This document shows positions 58,626 through 64,000 of a stretch of DNA of 64,000 nucleotides, piece by piece. How positions within the stretch are numbered: the first letter of the stretch is position 1; each line of letters begins with the position of its first letter. Source of the DNA: Azolla caroliniana. Taxonomy: Eukaryota > Plantae > Polypodiophyta. The notes beneath the pieces are model-generated. The model was not told where the DNA came from. It searched no databases and saw only the letters and a list, made by a program, of their open reading frames with translations. The DNA is taken from contig JBHGNT010000011.1 of the NCBI GenBank assembly GCA_043228905.1, positions 13,392,001 to 13,456,000 on the forward strand, given 5' to 3'. The translations under genes and the position numbers were made by a program.

Positions 58626-61600
58626 ATGCCGATCTTCATCTCTACAGCCCTACGCCGATGGCTCGTTGTCATGCCTTTCGGCTCCGGATCATTGCGTGAG
58701 TCGAGTGAGAACCGCTGGGGTTTTGGACTAGGAGGAAAGAAAATTCTAAGGCAATTAAGAATATGAAATATATTGTAAGAAAGAAAGATATGAAAACCTC
58801 GTGAATCCCACGAGTATAGTGTATTAGTGAGTAATCAAATTAAGAGAGAATAGTTAGCAAATTCGTGAATCCCACGATTATCTTATATTAATCAACCCTT
58901 GTAAAATAATCAACAACCTCTATACATCTTTCTCTCTTCCTTATATAGTGTTGGAAGAGTCTAAGTTTATCACATGCAAGCATCATGCTTTTTCTATCTT
59001 TAGTTTTCATGCACACTACATGTGCATGATTAGCTTTCTATCTCATCTTTTCTTTCTAACTCGAGTGTCTATCCATGAATAACTTTTGTACCATGCATGT
59101 ATAGAAATTTTACATGGAATAAAGTTTAGTATAATCTTTAAAATTCATAATACCCTACTATAATAATAAGGCTTAACATTATTAACATGGAGGTGCAAGG
59201 TTCAAATCTTGCCCTATGCATGTAATATATATATTTTTATACTTTCTTCTATTTACAAATACGTCTCTTCATCCGGTGAGAGACTCTCACCGGCCATCTT
59301 CATCCGGCTCTTTCCGGTTCTGCTTCATCCGGTGCTTGATAGTTTTCTTTGTCCGGTTCTTACCGGGACCTCCTTACCGATCTCTTCGTCCGTTTCTCAC
59401 CGACTCTCACCGGCCTTCTTCATCCGGCTCTTGCCGGGTCTCCTTGCCGGTTTCAGTCCTTACCGGTTCCTTCTTCCGGTTCTCACCGGGTACTCCATGT
59501 CCTATCCGGAGAGACCAAAAATGTAATTTTTTATGTAGTGGACGAATTACACTACGACATCGTGGAGAAACGCCTGGATGGTTACATCCGGGTCGTAGAA
59601 GCACCTCCGCACCCAGACGCCATGGACATCGCCAGGAAGCTTAACATCGACACGGTCACCAACTCTTCCATCCGGAAGAAGTTGGACCTATCCTCACTAG
59701 GCGAAAGACATTTCGAAATACCTCCTACAGAGGCGCTGCAGCGGTATTTTGGGCCATATTCCTCCTCCGCCAAGGCCTATAGAACAAAACAGATTCCGGA
59801 TCCCTTCTTCCGTGAAGTTGCCAAGTTCCTGCTAGAAATCGGCTGCGTACATGTCAACGCATATGGGATGCCAAAGCCGAAAGCGGGCATCATTATCGAT
59901 ACCTTTGAAGGGCATGCCGTTGACTAGGGGGTCATCACAGGGCCAGCGTTAAGGGAAGGCTTGCATGCGTACCAAGCAGGCAAAAAGCTCAGGCCGATCA
60001 TCCAACAATACCTTACGGTACTATTTCCACCCCGAGGCCTGCCAGCACCGCAACCCAGCCAACCCATGGCCCCGCCCCGATCCGCGAAACGCAGGTTAGC
60101 AGAGTTATCGGCCCTAGAGTGGGAAGAGGAACCCCAACTGGCCCAGCCAGACCCAAGGATAACACCTCCTACCGACCAGCCGGACACACGGACAATGCAG
60201 GAGGAACAGTCGAGACGCTCCACTGAAGCGGCCCCAGAACCAGACATCGAAACGCGGCGGGAAAGCCCCAATCCAAAACGGCGCAGATTGGACAGGAAAG
60301 ATGGGCAGGGGTTGGTAAAAACCGCCCCCATGGCAATGGAGACACTGATCGAAGGCGAAGGCTCCGCAGCAGCAGAACCAAATACCACCTTCGAAATCAT
60401 CCGGGAGCCACGGCCGATTATTACGACTCAGTCCAAACGAGGGAAAGCCGTATTGACGACAGAAAGCGAGGTTTTGGCATATCCGGATATCCTGGATACG
60501 GCCCACGAGTTCAGCGCCCTCTTGCAGTTCGGTACTTCTTCTGAGCTCATGGAGTTCTTGGCAACACAACAGGTCAAAGCCGCCCAACGAATGCCTGAGG
60601 AGCATGCGGAACACTAGATGATCAAGCGCGCCCTAACACAAAAAACGGAGAGCGACAATGAGGACCGGCTAGCCAGGGTCGGCAGACAGAGGAACGTCGG
60701 GGTACAGCGAGTGGGGATGGAGATACCGCCCTTAAACACAGCCCTAGTCAAAGTCCATCAAGAACTGGCAAAGGTCAGCACGGGCACCAAGGAGATGGCC
60801 ATAAAAAATAAGAGTGTCTGGAAGAAGGTTAAACTGACCGAAGCCGAACTGCAAAAAGCCAACGCACGCATCGCGAAGTTGGAAGCTCACGCGACTACGG
60901 CGCAACACGCAACCCCGCCACCAAACCACGTCATCGACGCTCTAAAAGAAGAAATCGAGGCTCAGACCGCCATCGCCTCAAAAACAAAAAGGGTCGTGCA
61001 GCTAGCGGAATCCAAAATTGACCGTCTTCGAGCAGAACTACGCCAATCCTCAGACAGAGAAAAGGAGATACGGGCTAACGGATGGAAGGCAGTAAAAACT
61101 CTTGAAGAGAAACTAGCTACGGAGGTAGCTCAGCACATCCGGACAAAGGACGACAACGCACAATTACGAGAGGACGCGAAGAAATCGGAGGCAGCAATAG
61201 AAGGACTTCGGGCCTTATTAGAAAAAAAGAAGGTATGGTTCGATGAGCAGTTGGTGGTCGAACAAGACAGAAGGCATCAGCTCGAAATCCGCCTAAACAA
61301 CAAGATGGGGAAATTAGAAGAACAGCATGCAAAGGAATCCCAGCTGTGGGTGGGCCTGAAGGCCACGTATGAGGAAGCGGCAACCGTTAAACAGCAGGAA
61401 ATGGCAAATCTCCAGAAGTCGATGGAAGACGCACGCAACCGTTGCCATGCCATCACAGATAACGTGCGGATCCTTCTCCAAACAAATTGGGAGAGGTTCA
61501 CAGCGCAATTGAAAATGGCGTTGGACAAAGGATGGATGGCGTGGGCAACCCAAGCCGCGGAATTGCACGCGTATCGTGTGGACTGGGAGAACCGGCGAAA

Positions 61601-62291
61601 AGACGGTCGAGGTTTCTAAAAACTAAATGAGGAGAGCATTGCGACCGTACGGGAGGACCTAGCGCAAGACTATCGTGCACTAGCAGACCAACACTCTGAA
61701 GAACTCGCACAGCTCTTAGATGATTTTGGTGAAAGTCAGGAGGGGCTATTTCACCAGATCACACAAGCCGACAACATGCGCACAAATGAGGAATCCAGCG
61801 CGACACCAATTCTGGCCACAGCCGAAGAAGAGGAACCTCAGGCCCGATCACCAGAGATGACAATGAGGGAGAATAGCGGGGACCGACGAGCGGAGTTCCC
61901 CACAGGACCAGATAGCGAAACCACTACCCAACAAGAGGTCCAACCGCACGAGCCCACACTATCATCAGACCACGCGGAGAACTGTGCGGACCAGGCGGAA
62001 TCTCCACCCCACTCCCAGGAACATACAAAAACGGCCAACACCACGGAGGACGTAACAATGGAGGTAGAGCCGCAGCCGACTGCAAGCACGACAACGGCGG
62101 AGCCCAACCCACTAACTCAAGCAGAGCCCACCGTACCCGGACAACCCACACACGGCGACGGCGACTTCAGGAGAAACCAGCCCGACCAAACAGAGGAGCC
62201 ACACCACGATGCACCTACGGGCCCTACATCACCTCCGGACGAGGACACCACAGCAAAGCCGAACATCCAGGCCATTTTGGAAGAAGATTAA
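58626..62291 (+). pseudogene. G ORF3 homologue, interrupted by an 893-bp insertion and stops
   Basis: EAPPH, RYFG.YS, YRT, DPFFREVA and GWMAWATQAAEL..ENRRKDG align with E ORF3. Confidence 0.88.
58667..59559. mobile_element. 893-bp TG...CA insertion (solo-LTR-like) with 4-bp TSD TCGT
   Basis: Ends TGTCATG...TACGACA. Removing it plus one TCGT restores the ORF3 frame (RRWLVEKRLDGY). Confidence 0.75.
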
Positions 62292-62296
62292 GGGAT

Positions 62297-62335
62297 GGGT
62301 CCAACATGCAAAGGCACTGTCCCACAGGCGTGCCA
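62297..62335 (+). other. tRNA-Arg 3'-end-like motif at the PPT position of G
   Basis: GGGTCCAA-[14 nt]-GTCCCACAGGCGTGCCA, ending 2 nt before the 3' LTR. Confidence 0.72.
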
Positions 62336-62782
62336 AGTGTTGTCCGTCGGAATTGTAACCGACGGACAAAAGCGTAGGAATAAGAAATTATATAAGAGCA
62401 TAACGCATGTAACGGTTCACGCAGGAAGCGTGAACGGCTAATTAGACCCTGCATATATAAAGGGCAGAAAACCTTTGATGGAGGTGCGTGTAATTTTGGG
62501 GAATGTAAAGAAACGCCTGATAATAGAATTCTATCTTCTCTGATTTTCTGTGTATAGCTACGGCTAGTTTAGTGTGGGTGTCTTGAATACTTAAGCGTTG
62601 TAGTACGTAAGTGTAACCTTAATAGGGATTCGGTTGTAGCTGTCTTCCAATATACGCTGATAGGTTACAGGGGTTCTTCCCTTACGCATTACGCTTAAAC
62701 ACCTGTTCGTTGTTCCACACCCACTTTGAGGTTTAGGTCGAAGGACTGACCGCGGACCGTGTTCCTAAACGGCAACAGCTTC

Positions 62783-64000
62783 CATGTCAAGCCGACAACT
62801 CACAAATTACGCGCACAATTCCGACTACGAAGATTGTGGTAGAATGTATGCACACAACTCCGACCGTGGCGGAATGTACGGGCACAACTCTGACTACGAA
62901 GATCGTAGCGGAATGTGTGCACACAACTTCGACAATGGCGGAATGTTCATGATGAAACATAGAGCAAACTCTATGTCGGCCGCTACCTCAACTAGTGCCT
63001 CCGGTCCGGAAGACGTATGGTTCGTCAATTCCGGTGCCTCGAACCATATGGCATCACAAAAAGAATGGTTCCGAGAACTTTGAGAGCCGGACCGACCCGG
63101 CTATGTCGAAAATGGAGACGACACTACGCACCCGATTCGGCACATCGGCAATGTTCCGTTCGGAAAAGAAGGTAAGCAAAATTACATTAAAAATGTCTTG
63201 CATGTACCGACCATTATGAAGAATTTGGTCTCCGTCGGGCAAATTGTAGAGCAAGGGATGCAAGTTCGATTTAATCAAGGCAGTTACTTCATCGAAAAAG
63301 AATGCCGACTCATCGCACGTGGACGAAGAGAGGGCCGAATGTTCATTCTCGACTCACACGAGATGAAATCGGCCATGTTCGCAAAGAGCACGAAAGCCGA
63401 CTCCGACATAGAGCTATGGCACAAGCGAATCGAACACATCAATCTCAACAAACTCAAATCAATGAAATCTAAAGGAGTCGTCATCGGACTCCCGACATTC
63501 AAAGAGAAGGAGATTGAAGGTGTATGCGAAGCGTGCCAATTCGGCAAGCAACACCGACACCCATTCCCAAAAGAGCGGAACGTGAGCAAAGGTCTACTCG
63601 ACGTAGTCCATTCTGACGTATGGGACCGGTGGAGACAGCTACATTCGGCAGATGCCGATATTACGTGCTCTTCACCGACGACTTCTCTAGGCACACTTGG
63701 ATCTACCCGATGCGGCAAAAGAGCGAAGTGTTCAGACACTTCCAAAAATTCAAGAATGAAGTCGAGAAAGCCACGGGCCGACATGTACGATGCCTTCTAT
63801 CAGATGGTGGCAAGGAGTACTTCTCGGACGATTTCACGGCGTATCTCCGAAAGGAAGGAATTCGGCGAGAATTCACTTGCCGACACACTCCGCAACAAAA
63901 CGAAGTAGTCGTTTTGTTGTTCGAGTGTGGGCCATGATGAATGAGAAGCATATGCCCAAGTCTTATTGGGCCGAAACTACAAATACGGCCGTCTACGAGG
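62783..64000 (+). pseudogene. pol: Copia H protease and integrase N-terminus
   Basis: Motifs listed for element H, with stops and frameshifts. Confidence 0.85.

Larger units (their letters stand above)
53259..62777 (+). mobile_element. Full-length but decayed Ty3/Gypsy G (B family, related to E)
   Basis: LTRs 53259-53699 (TG mutated to TA) and 62338-62777, perfect TSD GCTTC, decayed Arg PBS at 53704-53717. Confidence 0.95.
51845..64000 (+). mobile_element. Decayed Ty1/Copia H (Ale-like), interrupted by G and running off the window
   Basis: LTR 51845-52236 directly followed by iMet PBS TGGTATCAGAG; gag 52399-53258; after G come protease WFVNSGASNHM, LWHKRIEH, CEACQFGK and the integrase core. 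Confidence 0.9.

Noticed and set aside
59185-59215. GGTTCAAATC B-box as a tRNA gene or SINE
   Set aside because: No A-box, cloverleaf, tail or TSD could be identified.

Overview
This is plant nuclear DNA, probably from a non-seed plant (inferred from the retroelement types). It consists almost entirely of nested LTR retrotransposons, and I see no convincing host gene. From left to right: (A) a young Ty3/Gypsy element (1-6645, tRNA-Trp PBS) inserted in (B) a decayed minus-strand Ty3/Gypsy; relics at 12.5-14.1 kb; then a 30-kb nest in which Copia D contains Copia C1 and Copia F, F contains Copia C2, and C2 contains an intact non-chromoviral Gypsy E with a ~900-aa extra ORF. The nest is flanked by a 287-bp direct duplication. 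After it come AT-rich DNA with a MITE, Copia/Gypsy fragments and a solo LTR, and finally Copia H interrupted by Gypsy G (same family as B, related to E). The most unusual signals are: (1) E and G have no polypurine tract abutting the 3' LTR and instead carry a sense copy of a tRNA-Arg 3' end, which suggests a non-canonical, possibly tRNA-primed, plus-strand start; (2) element A has a slippery site plus H-type pseudoknot placing a -1 frameshift between protease and RT; (3) a conserved non-env ORF3; (4) an identical 11-bp flank at two separate insertions of the B/G family; (5) a 287-bp target duplication. All alignments and counts were made by eye, and tRNA sequences are recalled from typical land-plant tRNAs.
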